DNA of 64,000 nt from Desulfomicrobium sp. (GTDB lineage: Bacteria; Desulfobacterota; Desulfovibrionia; Desulfovibrionales; Desulfomicrobiaceae). The notes beneath the pieces are model-generated. The model was not told where the DNA came from and made no database searches. It was given only the letters and a program-made list of their open reading frames with translations. Every line of letters begins with the position of its first letter. The stretch's first letter is position 1. Shown piece after piece: positions 28,511-39,071 of the stretch. The DNA is taken from positions 736,001-800,000 of the forward strand of contig JAXGMI010000002.1 of the NCBI GenBank assembly GCA_040768745.1. Direction: 5' to 3'. Position numbers and translations under genes: made by a program.

Positions 28511-29779
28511 TCATTCCAGGGCCTGATCCAAATCCGCCAGGATGTCATCGATATGCTCAATCCCTACGGACAAACGCACCAGGTCCGGGGTGATGCCCGC
28601 CTGGACCTGCTCTTTCTCTGACAGCTGAGAGTGCGTGGTGCTGGCCGGATGGATGGCCAGGGTCTTGGCGTCGCCGACATTGGCCAAGTGGGATACGAGG
28701 CGCAGACTGTTGATGAATCGGCGCCCGGAGGCAAGGCCTCCCTTGACTCCGAACACGACCATGCCGCCAAACCCGCGCATGAACATGGTCCTGGCCAGGG
28801 TGTGGGACGGGTCACCCGGCAGGCCGGGATAGCGCACCCAGGCCACCCGGGGATGCCCGGCCAGGAACTCGGCCACCTGCAGGGCGTTCTCGCTGTGCCG
28901 CTCCATGCGCAGGGCCAGGGTTTCGAGCCCCTGTAAAAAAATCCAGCAGTTGTCCGGCGAGATGCAGGCCCCGAGGTTGCGCAGGGGCACCAGGCGCATG
29001 CGCAGAATGAAGGCCAGGGGATTCAGTTCGCCCAGGTCATGGGCGTAGCGCAGGCCGTGGTAGGAAGCGTCGGGCTCGTTGTAGAGGGCGAACTTGGGGT
29101 CGGCCCAGTCGAACGAGCCGGCATCGACCACCGCCCCGCCGATGGCCGTGCCGTGGCCGCCGATCCACTTGGTCAGGGAATGGATGACGATGTCCGCCCC
29201 GTATTCCATGGGCCGGAAGAGGTAGGGCGTGGCGAAGGTGGCGTCCACCACCAGGGGCAGATGGTATTCGCGGGCCAGGGCCGCCAGGGTCTCGATGTTG
29301 GCCACGTCCAGGGCCGGGTTGCCGATGACCTCGGTATAGATCAGCCTGGTGCGCTTGTTGATGGCCGCACGAACTGCCTCCGGGTCGTGGATGTCGACAA
29401 AGCGCGTGGTGATCCCGGCCTCGGACAGGATGGACGCGAACATGGTGTGGGTGCCGCCATAGATGGTGGACGAGGAAACCAGTTCGTCCCCCTGGCGGCA
29501 GATATTGATGACCGTGTAATGGATGGCCGCCGTGCCCGAGGCCAAGGCCAGGGCGGCCTTGCCGCCTTCCAATGCGGCCAAGCGGGTTTCCAGGACCTCC
29601 TGGGTGGGGTTGCCGAGGCGGGTGTAGATGTGCCCAGGCTGACGCAGGGCGAAGAGGTCGGCCGCATGGTCCGTGTTCTTGAACAGATAGGCCGCCGTCC
29701 GGTGCACGGGCATGGCGCGGCCGCCGCTGGAGTCCGGAGCGTACCCCCAGTGCAGGGCCTTGGTTTCGAATCGGTGCAT
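28511..29779 (-). CDS. metY: O-acetylhomoserine aminocarboxypropyltransferase (sulfhydrylase) MetY
   Basis: FETKALH, IYTRLGNPT, VDATF, HSLTKWIGGHG (PLP Lys), LANVGDAK and IHPASTTH motifs. Confidence 0.94.
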   Translation of the reverse strand: MHRFETKALHWGYAPDSSGGRAMPVHRTAAYLFKNTDHAADLFALRQPGHIYTRLGNPTQEVLETRLAALEGGKAALALASGTAAIHYTVINICRQGDELVSSSTIYGGTHTMFASILSEAGITTRFVDIHDPEAVRAAINKRTRLIYTEVIGNPALDVANIETLAALAREYHLPLVVDATFATPYLFRPMEYGADIVIHSLTKWIGGHGTAIGGAVVDAGSFDWADPKFALYNEPDASYHGLRYAHDLGELNPLAFILRMRLVPLRNLGACISPDNCWIFLQGLETLALRMERHSENALQVAEFLAGHPRVAWVRYPGLPGDPSHTLARTMFMRGFGGMVVFGVKGGLASGRRFINSLRLVSHLANVGDAKTLAIHPASTTHSQLSEKEQVQAGITPDLVRLSVGIEHIDDILADLDQALE

Positions 29780-29818
29780 GAGTCCTCCTGACCGGCAAAC
29801 CGGAAAGCAACAAGGCGT

Positions 29819-30451
29819 TTACACGCCGGTTATCATGAAGATGCCGTACGACGCCAGAAGATTGGGCCAGAAGCGGACCGCCCGGGCCTTTCCTTCTCCC
29901 GACGGATTGACGGCCAGAGAACGCCGGATGGCAAAGGGCACTGCCCGGGAATAGGCCCAGAAATCATCCAGGCTCAGGACCCGGATGTTGGGCGTGTTGT
30001 ACCACTGGTAGGGGAGCTCCGGCGTGACCGGCACGTGGCCGGAAAAGGCCATCTGCAGCCTGATCTGCAGGCAGCAGAAATTGGGAAAGCTGACGATGCC
30101 CCACCTCCCCACTCTCAGCATCTGTTGGATGAGTATTGTGGGGTCGTAGGCCTGCTGCAAGGTCTGGCTGACCACCACATAGTCAAAGGCGTTGTCCGGA
30201 AAACCCGGCAATTCCGTGTTGATGTCCCCGTGAATCACGGACAGGCCCTGGGCAATGCAGGATACGACCTCGTCCTCGTCATGCTCGATGCCCAGCCCCA
30301 GCACGCCCTTGGTGTCCCGCAGGTGGCGCAGGAGCAGTCCCCCGGCGCAACCGAGGTCCAGCACGCGGCTGCCCGGCTCGATCCACGAGGCCACGATGCG
30401 CAGGTCGAAACGCAGGTCCTTCGCGGATTCTGCGCGGTGTTCAGCAGCCAT
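29819..30451 (-). CDS. metW: Methionine biosynthesis protein MetW (SAM-dependent methyltransferase fold)
   Basis: LRFDL..I, RVLDLGC, SQTLQ, VSFPNF and WYNTPNI motifs. Overlaps the metX 3' end. Confidence 0.92.
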   Translation of the reverse strand: MAAEHRAESAKDLRFDLRIVASWIEPGSRVLDLGCAGGLLLRHLRDTKGVLGLGIEHDEDEVVSCIAQGLSVIHGDINTELPGFPDNAFDYVVVSQTLQQAYDPTILIQQMLRVGRWGIVSFPNFCCLQIRLQMAFSGHVPVTPELPYQWYNTPNIRVLSLDDFWAYSRAVPFAIRRSLAVNPSGEGKARAVRFWPNLLASYGIFMITGV

Positions 30452-31589
30452 GCAGCCCCCCCAGGAAGCCACGGATGACCGTCTCGAGCCGCGGATCAGG
30501 CAGCAGAAAGGCGTCATGCCCCCAGGCGGCGGTGATCTCGCAAAAGCTGACGTCCCGATCAAGTTCCTTCAGGACATTCACCATCTGCCGGGACTGATAG
30601 GTCGGATACAGCCAGTCCGAGGTGAAAGAGACAAGCAGAAATCGGGCATTTGTCACGGCCAGGGCTTTTCGGGTCGGACTGTCGGCATTGCCCAGGTCCA
30701 GATCGAAATAATCTGCGGCCTTTGTGATATAGAGAAAGGCGTTGGCGTCGAAGCGCTCCACGAACTTCTTTCCCTGGTGGTGCAGATAACTTTCGACCTG
30801 AAATTCGGTTTCGAAACTGAAGGCGAACCCCCCTCCATGGCGCAGTTCTCGCCCGAACTTCAGATGCATGGACTCGTCCGAGAGATAGGTGATGTGCCCG
30901 ATCATGCGGGCCACGGCCAGGCCCAGGTCCGGCCGCACTCCGTCATAGTAGTCGCCGTTCCTCCAATTGGGATCGCTCATGATGGACTGCCTGGCCACCT
31001 CGTTGAAGGCGATGGCCTGGGGGGAATGACGGCTTGTCGTGGCCAGGGCCAGGACTCCTTTCATCATGTTTGGATAGCTTGCGGCCCATTGCAGAACCTG
31101 CATCCCGCCCAGGGAGCCGCCGACCACGGCCAGCAGACATTCGATGCCGAGATGCCGAAGCAGCTCGCGCTGGGCCCGGACCATGTCGGCGATGGTCACG
31201 ATGGGAAAATCCAGGCCCCAGTACCGGCCGGTGGCGGGGTTGATGGAGGATGGTCCGCACGAACCCATGCAGCTGCCAATGACATTGGAACAGACCACGA
31301 AATAGCGGTCCGTATCGATGGGTTTGCCTGGTCCCACATAGTGATCCCACCATCCGGGCTTGTCATCGCCCTCATGGAACCCGGCCACATGGGCGTCGCC
31401 GGTCAGGGCGTGACAGACGAGAACCGCATTGGAACATTCGGAGTTCAATTGTCCATAGGTTTCATAGGCCAGGGATACGGGCCCCAAATCCACGCCACTG
31501 TCCAGAACCATGGTCCGCGGGGGATGGGCAAAGGTGAAAGACTGGGTCCGGACCAGGCCAACGCTGGGGGAGGAGATCATCGCGTGCAT
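30441..31589 (-). CDS. metX: Homoserine O-acyltransferase MetX
   Basis: LAYETYG, CHALTG, GWW, GGSLGG nucleophile elbow, SDWLYP and GHDAFL motifs. Exact start uncertain. Confidence 0.93.
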   Translation of the reverse strand: MHAMISSPSVGLVRTQSFTFAHPPRTMVLDSGVDLGPVSLAYETYGQLNSECSNAVLVCHALTGDAHVAGFHEGDDKPGWWDHYVGPGKPIDTDRYFVVCSNVIGSCMGSCGPSSINPATGRYWGLDFPIVTIADMVRAQRELLRHLGIECLLAVVGGSLGGMQVLQWAASYPNMMKGVLALATTSRHSPQAIAFNEVARQSIMSDPNWRNGDYYDGVRPDLGLAVARMIGHITYLSDESMHLKFGRELRHGGGFAFSFETEFQVESYLHHQGKKFVERFDANAFLYITKAADYFDLDLGNADSPTRKALAVTNARFLLVSFTSDWLYPTYQSRQMVNVLKELDRDVSFCEITAAWGHDAFLLPDPRLETVIRGFLGGLHGC

Positions 31590-31734
31590 GTTCTCAGTTG
31601 AACTGCCCAATGCGACAGAGGAAGGCAATACCTTTGACCGGAATCAGGACCGACCCTCACAAGGATCTTCAGGCAAGAGGATTCGACATCAAAGGGCTTC
31701 ATGGAGGGGGAAGGGGCATACATGCTGGACAGGG

Positions 31735-32292
31735 TCAGGTCCCCGCGTCCAGGATCCTTCGCACGCGCAGCAGGCGGGGGGCCCAGTAACTGTCGAAATC
31801 GGACAGGATCACCCCGGCGCTGGCCGAGGCGTGCAGGAATTGCCGTCCTGTAACAAGCACCCCGACGTGGTCACTCCCCTTGTCCAGAAAATAGAGCAGA
31901 TCGCCGGGCCGCATCTCCCCGGCATCAACCCCGCGTCCCAGCCTGCTTTGCTCAATGGAAGTCCGGGGCAGATTCAACTGGAACGCATCGCGGAAAACGG
32001 CCTGCATCAGGCCGGAGCAATCCACACCCTTGCGGTCCGAACCGCCAAGACGATGTGGCACCCCTTTCCAGACCTGGTATTGGGCCAGCAGCATTTCAGA
32101 CACCGAAGGCGACGCCTTGTCCTGCCGCGGAGGGGGAGCGGTCGGGACCGACTGGATCACTGTCTTGGTTCCACAGCCGAAACCCAGCATCAGCAAACCC
32201 AGAAAAATCCCCATCCTGGCCCAAAGCCGGATTGGGGAACCGTGAAGCAGCGCAAGATCGGGCATACCCACTCCAAACCGTGTGCCGCGCAT
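31735..32292 (-). CDS. NlpC/P60 family peptidoglycan endopeptidase lipoprotein
   Basis: Lipobox-like GFGC, W.GVP..LGG, DCSG, HVG and FLHAS catalytic triad. Real start probably lies at 32265 or 32214. Confidence 0.88.
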   Translation of the reverse strand: MRGTRFGVGMPDLALLHGSPIRLWARMGIFLGLLMLGFGCGTKTVIQSVPTAPPPRQDKASPSVSEMLLAQYQVWKGVPHRLGGSDRKGVDCSGLMQAVFRDAFQLNLPRTSIEQSRLGRGVDAGEMRPGDLLYFLDKGSDHVGVLVTGRQFLHASASAGVILSDFDSYWAPRLLRVRRILDAGT

Positions 32293-32326
32293 TCACAAAG
32301 CCAGCTCGTTCATCACAAAGGCTTAT

Positions 32327-33046
32327 TCAAGGCAGGACCCGCCGGACACGGAGCAATCGCTTCTGCCAATACCCGTCGAGCTTGGAGACGATGACTCCTT
32401 TCTTGCTGGAAGCATGGAGAAACTGGCCGTCATTGACGACCACGCCGACATGATCCCTGCCCCGATCCACGAAATAGACCAGATCTCCAGGCCTGATTTG
32501 GCCACGGGGCACAGCCTCTCCCATCCTGCTCTGTTCCTCTGATGTGCGTGGGAGCTCGATCTGGAAAGCGTCCCGGAATATGGCCCGGACCAAGCCAGAG
32601 CAATCGACACCACTGAAGTCCTCGCCGCCAGAGCGATAGCGTACCCCCCTCCAGTCGTCATATTGAGCCAGGACGATGTCGCTGATGGAAGGAACGTCTT
32701 CCACTTCTTCGAAGGAAAAAGCAGAGTCATCAAAATCAGATGATCCGGAAGCGGGTTCACCTTCCCTCTGGGAAACCAGCGCTCCCATGTCTGCCTGGGG
32801 GGGCATGAATGAATAGTTGACTTTTGGGTGCGTGTCCGGCCGGGAAAGGAAGCACTGGGCGGCCGGCACAGACGAATTTTGAGCGTCATGAGAAAAGACT
32901 GGAGTACGCGAGGAAACAACCTTGGTGGAGCAGCTGCTGCCGGCCAGAACGAGACAGGCCAACAGGACAAACTCACCCACCAGAACCATTCCGGCACACG
33001 GACCTTGTCCGCCTTGTCGAAAAATCATACCACAACTCCGTTTCAT
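32327..33046 (-). CDS. NlpC/P60 family peptidoglycan endopeptidase lipoprotein (paralogue)
   Basis: Hydrophobic stretch ending in LAGSSC, low-complexity linker, WRGVRY.SGG, DCSG, HVG and FLHAS. Start uncertain. Confidence 0.88.
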   Translation of the reverse strand: MKRSCGMIFRQGGQGPCAGMVLVGEFVLLACLVLAGSSCSTKVVSSRTPVFSHDAQNSSVPAAQCFLSRPDTHPKVNYSFMPPQADMGALVSQREGEPASGSSDFDDSAFSFEEVEDVPSISDIVLAQYDDWRGVRYRSGGEDFSGVDCSGLVRAIFRDAFQIELPRTSEEQSRMGEAVPRGQIRPGDLVYFVDRGRDHVGVVVNDGQFLHASSKKGVIVSKLDGYWQKRLLRVRRVLP

Positions 33047-33190
33047 GTTTCAGAAGGCCTATACACAACGAACCACCGAAAGTCAAAAACGGCGACCCGG
33101 GCCGTCCATGCGAATGGAGAACCCCGGGGGCCGCGCCCGCCAGCGCAAAACTGAGAAAACGAAGCAGTTCCCGCTGTCCTGGACAGAGGA

Positions 33191-34315
33191 TTACTTCACG
33201 TAATCCATGCTGTTCTGTCCCAGGAGGCAGAAGACCTCGTAGGAAATGGTCCCCCACCAGGACGCCAATTCGTCAGCTGAAATGGCCCGAGGACCCTCGC
33301 CCCCCAGCACGTACACCTCGTCACCGATCTCGGCTTCGGGCACGCAGCCCACATCCACGGCCGTTAGTTGCATGCAGACCCTTCCCAGCACAGGCACCCG
33401 TTGACCTCGCAGGAGCATCTGCCCCTTGCCGGACAATGTCCGGGAATAGTTGTCCGCATAGCCGATGGCCACAATGCCGACACGCATTGGCCTGTCGGCC
33501 ACGAAGGTCCTGCCGTAACTCACGGATTCCCCGGCGCGGATGGTCCGGATTTGCAGCAGGCGGGACGAAACGCTCATGGTGGACCGAAGGCCAGCTGACT
33601 TGTCAGCCCAGACCGTGCCGAAAAAGGGATTCCCTCCGTACAGTGCGATGCCTGGCCGTTGCAGGTCGTGGTGCAACCCTGGATGAGCGAAGATGGCCCC
33701 GGAATTGGCCAGGCTTCCGCGCACGTCCAGGCCGCGACTGTGCAAGACCCGGAGGATGCCGGCAAACCGCTGGCCCTGTTCGGAGACATATTCGGCCTGT
33801 TCCGGGTCGTCGGCCGTGGCCAAATGCGAACAGGCCATGACCGCCCGGACATGCTCCAGGCCATCCAGGACGTCGGCCACCCCGTTGGCCTCCTCGGCAG
33901 CAAAACCCAGCCTGGACATGCCCGTGTCAAACTTCAGGGCCACGCGCACCGGTGCACCGGTCCGCCTTCCCTCCTCCTCCAGGCGCACCAGCTGCTCCAC
34001 CCGACCGACGAAAGGGATCAGCCCATGGGTGCACACGGCCGTGTAATCCGCCTGGTCCAAGGGTCCCAACAGAGAGATCACCTCGGCCGCGGGCGTGACT
34101 TCTTTTAAAACAACCGACTCTTCCACTGTACCCGCAGCCATGCACCGCGCTCCGGCAGCGAAGAAGGCCCGCGCCACCTCGGCCAAACCGTGACCATAGG
34201 CATCGGACTTGACCACCGGGGCCGGATTCGCTGCCACGGCCCGGATCAGGGTGTAATTATGCACCAAGGCCCTGATATTAACGCGGGCCAGGACGTACGT
34301 ATTCCAGATGTCCAT
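33191..34315 (-). CDS. alr: Alanine racemase
   Basis: VVKSDAYGHG (PLP Lys), DTGMSRLG, SHLATAD, RPGIALYG, GRVCM and TISYE motifs. Confidence 0.95.
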   Translation of the reverse strand: MDIWNTYVLARVNIRALVHNYTLIRAVAANPAPVVKSDAYGHGLAEVARAFFAAGARCMAAGTVEESVVLKEVTPAAEVISLLGPLDQADYTAVCTHGLIPFVGRVEQLVRLEEEGRRTGAPVRVALKFDTGMSRLGFAAEEANGVADVLDGLEHVRAVMACSHLATADDPEQAEYVSEQGQRFAGILRVLHSRGLDVRGSLANSGAIFAHPGLHHDLQRPGIALYGGNPFFGTVWADKSAGLRSTMSVSSRLLQIRTIRAGESVSYGRTFVADRPMRVGIVAIGYADNYSRTLSGKGQMLLRGQRVPVLGRVCMQLTAVDVGCVPEAEIGDEVYVLGGEGPRAISADELASWWGTISYEVFCLLGQNSMDYVK

Positions 34316-34344
34316 GCGTTGCTCCAAAGGAATGGTGGGAATGT

Positions 34345-35682
34345 TCAGACCCGCAGACGGACGTAGTAGCCCTGGCCGTCCCTGGCCACCAGGAGCAGCA
34401 CGGTGTTGGCCATGCGGTACCGCTTGAAGGCCAGGGCAAAATCGTCCACAGACCTCTGCACATCTCCGGCAATGTTGAGGAGGATGTCCCCTTTTTGCAA
34501 TCCCAGCTTCTGGGCCGGGCTGCCCTGACGCACCTGTATGATTTCCAGATTCGATCCACGCGGTGCAACCGTCAGGCCCCACCGCTTCTCGGCCATGGCG
34601 AGGGCTTTTTCATCGGTGAAGGGCTGCACAGATACGTTTACGGTGCGCAGGCCATTGGACCCGAGAAGTTCCAACTGCAGAGCCTGACTGATGGTAAAAT
34701 TGCGCAATACCCGCAGATAATGGTCACGGTCCTCAATGCGCACTCCATTCACTGCCCTGACCACCTCGCCGGTATTGACGCCCGCGTCGCGCACGGATTT
34801 CTCGTGAATGTCCGCAATCAGCATGCCGCGTGCTTGATCAAGCCCCAGGAAATGGGCGATGCGCTCGTCCACGTCCTGCCCTTCCAGTCCGAGCCATACA
34901 GCCTGCACCCGCCCATGGCTGACCAGTTCATCCACCACCAGCTTGGCTTTGTTGATGGGAATGGCGAAACCGATGCCTTCGGCTTCGGCATAAATGGCGG
35001 TGTTGATCCCGACGAGTTCACCGGCCAGGTTCATGAGTGGCCCACCACTGTTGCCCGGATTGATGGCTGCATCGGTTTGGATGAAATCCGTAAAAGTGCC
35101 CTGTTTGGTCTCAATGGTGCGCCCCAGGGCTGAAACCACCCCCGTGGTCACTGTATTGCCGAATCCGTAAGGATTGCCGATGGCAATGACCGTTTCACCG
35201 ATCATGATATCCGCGGAATCTCCCATGACCGCCTGCGGGAGGTCACGGGCGTCTGCCAGATGCAGGATGGCCAAATCGAAATCAGGGTCCGATCCGATCA
35301 GCCTGCCGTCGAATTCCCGCCCGTCCATCAGCCGCACCCGGATGGACGACGCCCCTTCAATGACATGGGCGTTGGTCAGAACCAGATTCTTGCGTCCATC
35401 GATGACCACGCCCGATCCCAGGCTGCGCTGCTCGAAGCGCCGGGTGAAATCCTGGGATCCGAAAAAATGCCGGAACACGTCATCCCTCCCGAAAAGCGAC
35501 CCAAAGGGATTCACTTCCCGCTCGACCATGCGCGCCGAGTGGATGTTGACCACGGCCGGTGAGACCGTCTGGACGGTGCGCACGACTGGGGTCATGCGTG
35601 CTTCTCGGCTTCCGGCAAAAGAAAAATGGGCGCTCCCAAGCGCCCAAAAGATTATCGTCACAAGCATTACAACTCTGTTCAC
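34345..35682 (-). CDS. HtrA/DegP-family serine protease with PDZ domains
   Basis: Signal peptide, LGSGV, TNAHV, DLA, QTDAAINPGNSGG and two PDZ-like regions. Confidence 0.93.
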   Translation of the reverse strand: MNRVVMLVTIIFWALGSAHFSFAGSREARMTPVVRTVQTVSPAVVNIHSARMVEREVNPFGSLFGRDDVFRHFFGSQDFTRRFEQRSLGSGVVIDGRKNLVLTNAHVIEGASSIRVRLMDGREFDGRLIGSDPDFDLAILHLADARDLPQAVMGDSADIMIGETVIAIGNPYGFGNTVTTGVVSALGRTIETKQGTFTDFIQTDAAINPGNSGGPLMNLAGELVGINTAIYAEAEGIGFAIPINKAKLVVDELVSHGRVQAVWLGLEGQDVDERIAHFLGLDQARGMLIADIHEKSVRDAGVNTGEVVRAVNGVRIEDRDHYLRVLRNFTISQALQLELLGSNGLRTVNVSVQPFTDEKALAMAEKRWGLTVAPRGSNLEIIQVRQGSPAQKLGLQKGDILLNIAGDVQRSVDDFALAFKRYRMANTVLLLVARDGQGYYVRLRV

Positions 35683-35728
35683 GCCACTCTTTCCTCCACC
35701 CTTCTGTGCACCTCAACATCGACTCTCT

Positions 35729-36187
35729 TCAATCTTGCAGGGAGATATTGATCTGCCTGTTCCGGGGCCCTTGGGGCCGTTTGGGGACCATCACACTCAG
35801 CAGGCCAGACTTCATGCTCGCCTCGACTGCCGAGGGGTCGATGTCCAGGGGCAGGGAAAAACGCCGGGCAAAGCTGCCATAGGAGCGCTCCAGAACGTGA
35901 AACGCGGCCCCGGTAATATTCCCGTGCAGTTTGCGTTCGCCGTACAGGGTCAGCTCGTTGCCATGTACCTCCAGGGTGACGTCCTCGCGCTCCAGCCCCG
36001 GCAGCTCCACGAGGATCAAGTATCCTTCGGCCAGCTCGAGCACATCGGCCACCGGGCGGAACTGGGCCAACCTTCTGGCACCTTGGGGAAAGGGGGCAAC
36101 GCAGGTCGTATCCTCAACCAGACGTTTCATGTCTTCCTTCATGCATTCCAATTCCAGCCACGGGTCCCACGGAAAAAGCTTTGCCAT
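35729..36187 (-). CDS. Small heat-shock protein (Hsp20/alpha-crystallin)
   Basis: WDPW, ELPG, ERSYGSFARRFSLP and GLLSVMVPK motifs. Confidence 0.93.
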   Translation of the reverse strand: MAKLFPWDPWLELECMKEDMKRLVEDTTCVAPFPQGARRLAQFRPVADVLELAEGYLILVELPGLEREDVTLEVHGNELTLYGERKLHGNITGAAFHVLERSYGSFARRFSLPLDIDPSAVEASMKSGLLSVMVPKRPQGPRNRQINISLQD

Positions 36188-36255
36188 ACCCCACCATCGA
36201 AAATGCGGTCATCACCGGCTTGTCAATTCGTGATCCGGCCCGCCTGACCGGCCCT

Positions 36256-36630
36256 TCACAGGAAAAAAAACAGGGCCGCCACGCCCAACGCCAGCAGTCC
36301 CACGCCAACGGCCACCCAGGTCGCGGAACCGGCTCGGTTGACGAACATGGCCCCGCCAAGTTGGGAGCCTCCCAGCGAAGGATCCTTGGCTTGGGCCCGT
36401 CTGCGCATTTCCGCCAGCTCCGCCTCGTCCTGAAGTTGCTGTCCCTGGTTGAGGCGCCTCACCTCTTCCATGGCCAGGGCGTAGACGACCCCACACTTGG
36501 GGCACTCAAACGGGGAAGAGAAGGCATCGTCCTCTTCATGCCGCTCATAGGTGCATCTGGGGCATTTTTCCAGCCGCAACCGCAAATGCTGCGGAATCAC
36601 TGCAGGTTCGTCCTTGATCGTCACGCGCAC
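36256..36630 (-). CDS. Hypothetical zinc-ribbon protein with C-terminal membrane anchor
   Basis: CPRC...CPKCG pair followed by a helical segment and a hydrophobic C-terminus. Confidence 0.7.
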   Translation of the reverse strand: MRVTIKDEPAVIPQHLRLRLEKCPRCTYERHEEDDAFSSPFECPKCGVVYALAMEEVRRLNQGQQLQDEAELAEMRRRAQAKDPSLGGSQLGGAMFVNRAGSATWVAVGVGLLALGVAALFFFL

Positions 36631-36669
36631 CTCGATCCGGCGTCACAAAAGCCCATCCCAGAACCTCGG

Positions 36670-38976
36670 CTAGTCAGATACTGTCACTTTCTGCAACTGC
36701 CAAGTATCGATATCGCCTTGGAAAATTTTGGCTATGCCATCCTGATACAGGGTGCGCATGCCCTGCTCCACGGCCAGGCGCTCAATGTCCTCGGCCGGTT
36801 GCTTGCGCATGATGGCCTTGCGGATTTCCGGAGTGGTTACAAGCAGTTCATGGATGCCCGTGCGCCCTCTGTAGCCTGTGTGTGAGCACCGCCGGCAGCC
36901 CACCGGTTTGAAGGTCCTGGCCCCGGATCGCTCGATGCCCAGTTCCGGAAAATATTCGGACCCGTATTGACTGACGAGGTAGTCCCACTCCTCGTCCGTG
37001 ACCTCGTGTGCGGCCCTGCAGCTGACACAGAGGGTCTTGACCAGCCGCTGGGCCAGAATCCCCTGCAATGCTTCGGCGAAATTGAGCGACTCAATGCCCA
37101 TATCCAGCAGTCGGGTCACGGTTTCGGCCGCAGAGTTGGTATGCAGCGTGGTAAAGACCAAATGCCCGGTCAGGGAGGCCTCCACGCCAATCTGGGCGGT
37201 TTCCAGGTCGCGCATTTCCCCCACCAGAATCACGTCCGGATCTGCCCTCAGAAAAGACCTCATGATCCTGGCAAAATCAAGCCCGATGGCGTTCTCCACC
37301 TGCACCTGCTGCAACCCCTGCTGGGTGATTTCCACCGGATCCTCCACGGTCCAGATCTTCTTGTCGGGGGTATTGATGCGGGACAGGATGGAATGCAGGG
37401 TCGTGGTCTTGCCCGAACCCGTGGTGCCCACAACAAGAAAAATGCCGTGCGGCTTGACCATGATCCGCTCGATCTGCTCCGCGTTCCGTGCGCTCAGGTT
37501 GAGCCTGCTGAAGGGCATGACCTTGCCGGCCGAGAGCATGCGCATCACGACGCTCTCCCCGTACACTGTGGGCAAGGTCGCCACCCGCATCTCTATTTCA
37601 CGTCCTTTGAACCTGACCCTGAGCTTCCCGTCCTGGGGCAGGCGTTTCTCTGAAATGTCAAGGCGGGACATGATCTTGATGCGCGAGGTCACGGGTTTGA
37701 TGACGCTCTCCGGGATGGAGAGCACCCGTTCGCAGGTTCCGTCTATGCGCATGCGCACCAACCCGGGCTTTCCACCGCGGTTAGGTTCGATGTGGATGTC
37801 CGAGGCCCCAACCCTGTGCGCATGCATGATGACCTTGTTTACAAAACGGACCGCGACCTGCCTGCTCTCCAGCGAGATATCCTCTTCCTCATCCTGGGTG
37901 AATTCTAACCCTTCTTCTGCGGCTGTGGCCAATTCCGCAAGGGATGCCGCAAGATCGTCGCCGTCATCAAGTTCTTCGGTGAGATCCTCCGGCTCGCCCT
38001 CTTCCGCGCCGGTGCTCCAACCTCCCCCTCCAGGACTTACGCTCTTGGGCAACTGGGACGAATCGCCGAGAAACGCCAAAATATCCTCAGGCAGTCCAAC
38101 CCGGAACTCATAACTTTTTGCATTCACAACACGTCGAATCTCGTTCACCGTATCGGCATCATGTGGATCCTGGACCAATACAACCGCTTTCCCGGCACCG
38201 GTGTGAAGTGGAAGCCACATGTTGCGGATCAGATACTGACGATTGATGCCTTTGAGCATCTGATCGGAAACCGGATTGTTTTCGTAGCGCACGAAGGGTG
38301 TCTGGTAGAACCGTTCCAGGGAGGCTCCGATGGCGTCGGGGTCCAGGTTGAAGTCCGCGCGCAACACCCGCGAGACGAAAACCCCTCTCTGGGCGGCCCT
38401 GGACAGGGCATCATCCAGTTGCTCCTGAGTCAAAAAACCCTTGGAGACCAGATGGTCAAAGGGCCCTTGGGGCAAGTCGAACTCCTCGAAAAGCTTCTGC
38501 CCCATGATGCCCACGATCAAACGGCAGTAGGCCTCATCCTGTCGGGTGAATTTGCCGCTCTTCTTGTTGATGAGCTGAAAGACCCCCATCAAGGCATTCT
38601 CATGGTGAACGGGCATGGACAGGATATTTATGATTTCAAGTCCCAGGAGCTTGTCCAGTCCGCGATCGAAGCGCAGGTCAGGATGAACGGCCGCGAGTTC
38701 TCGCGGATCAAGATTCTGCAACATCAGTGGCGCCTGGGACAAGGCTGTAAAGCCGGCCACACTCGAAAACGAGAACGGGACCCGCATCTCCTCCACGCCA
38801 GCATTGCGTTCGATCTGGAAGAAAAGTTCCGTCTGTTTCGGATCGCGCTTGAACAGCACGAGCTGGTCCACATCAAAAAGGGCCTTCAGCGTGGACTGGC
38901 ATTCCTCCCAGGCCGCCTGAAACGACCGGGAGTGCTGAAAAATATTTTTGATGTCGAGCAGTTTGGTCTTGAGCAT
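36670..38976 (-). CDS. GspE/PilB-family secretion/pilus-extension ATPase with N-terminal GAF-like domain
   Basis: N-terminal SSVAGF..L...FD...G..I.NILSMP...GVFQLINK...FT..DE (GAF-like). SDIHIEP, RLPQDG, GTTGSGKTT, VEDPVE, LRADPD.ILVGEMRD, LHTNSA and CxxC...CxxC. Confidence 0.9.
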   Translation of the reverse strand: MLKTKLLDIKNIFQHSRSFQAAWEECQSTLKALFDVDQLVLFKRDPKQTELFFQIERNAGVEEMRVPFSFSSVAGFTALSQAPLMLQNLDPRELAAVHPDLRFDRGLDKLLGLEIINILSMPVHHENALMGVFQLINKKSGKFTRQDEAYCRLIVGIMGQKLFEEFDLPQGPFDHLVSKGFLTQEQLDDALSRAAQRGVFVSRVLRADFNLDPDAIGASLERFYQTPFVRYENNPVSDQMLKGINRQYLIRNMWLPLHTGAGKAVVLVQDPHDADTVNEIRRVVNAKSYEFRVGLPEDILAFLGDSSQLPKSVSPGGGGWSTGAEEGEPEDLTEELDDGDDLAASLAELATAAEEGLEFTQDEEEDISLESRQVAVRFVNKVIMHAHRVGASDIHIEPNRGGKPGLVRMRIDGTCERVLSIPESVIKPVTSRIKIMSRLDISEKRLPQDGKLRVRFKGREIEMRVATLPTVYGESVVMRMLSAGKVMPFSRLNLSARNAEQIERIMVKPHGIFLVVGTTGSGKTTTLHSILSRINTPDKKIWTVEDPVEITQQGLQQVQVENAIGLDFARIMRSFLRADPDVILVGEMRDLETAQIGVEASLTGHLVFTTLHTNSAAETVTRLLDMGIESLNFAEALQGILAQRLVKTLCVSCRAAHEVTDEEWDYLVSQYGSEYFPELGIERSGARTFKPVGCRRCSHTGYRGRTGIHELLVTTPEIRKAIMRKQPAEDIERLAVEQGMRTLYQDGIAKIFQGDIDTWQLQKVTVSD

Positions 38977-39071
38977 GAAATCTTCCCCCTGAGACAGGCA
39001 ACCTGATGATCATGTAGCGGGATCAGGCCCATGCTCCCGGACCCGCGAACCAGAACAGAAACTGAATTGGG

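Noticed and set aside
31590..31734. SAM riboswitch or T-box upstream of metXWY
   Set aside because: No S-box (TTATC..GAG...GACTGG) or T-box consensus is visible.
33099..33135. GC-rich hairpin with GCGA loop between alr and the NlpC/P60 gene
   Set aside because: A single hairpin with no recognisable family consensus, expected by chance at this GC content.
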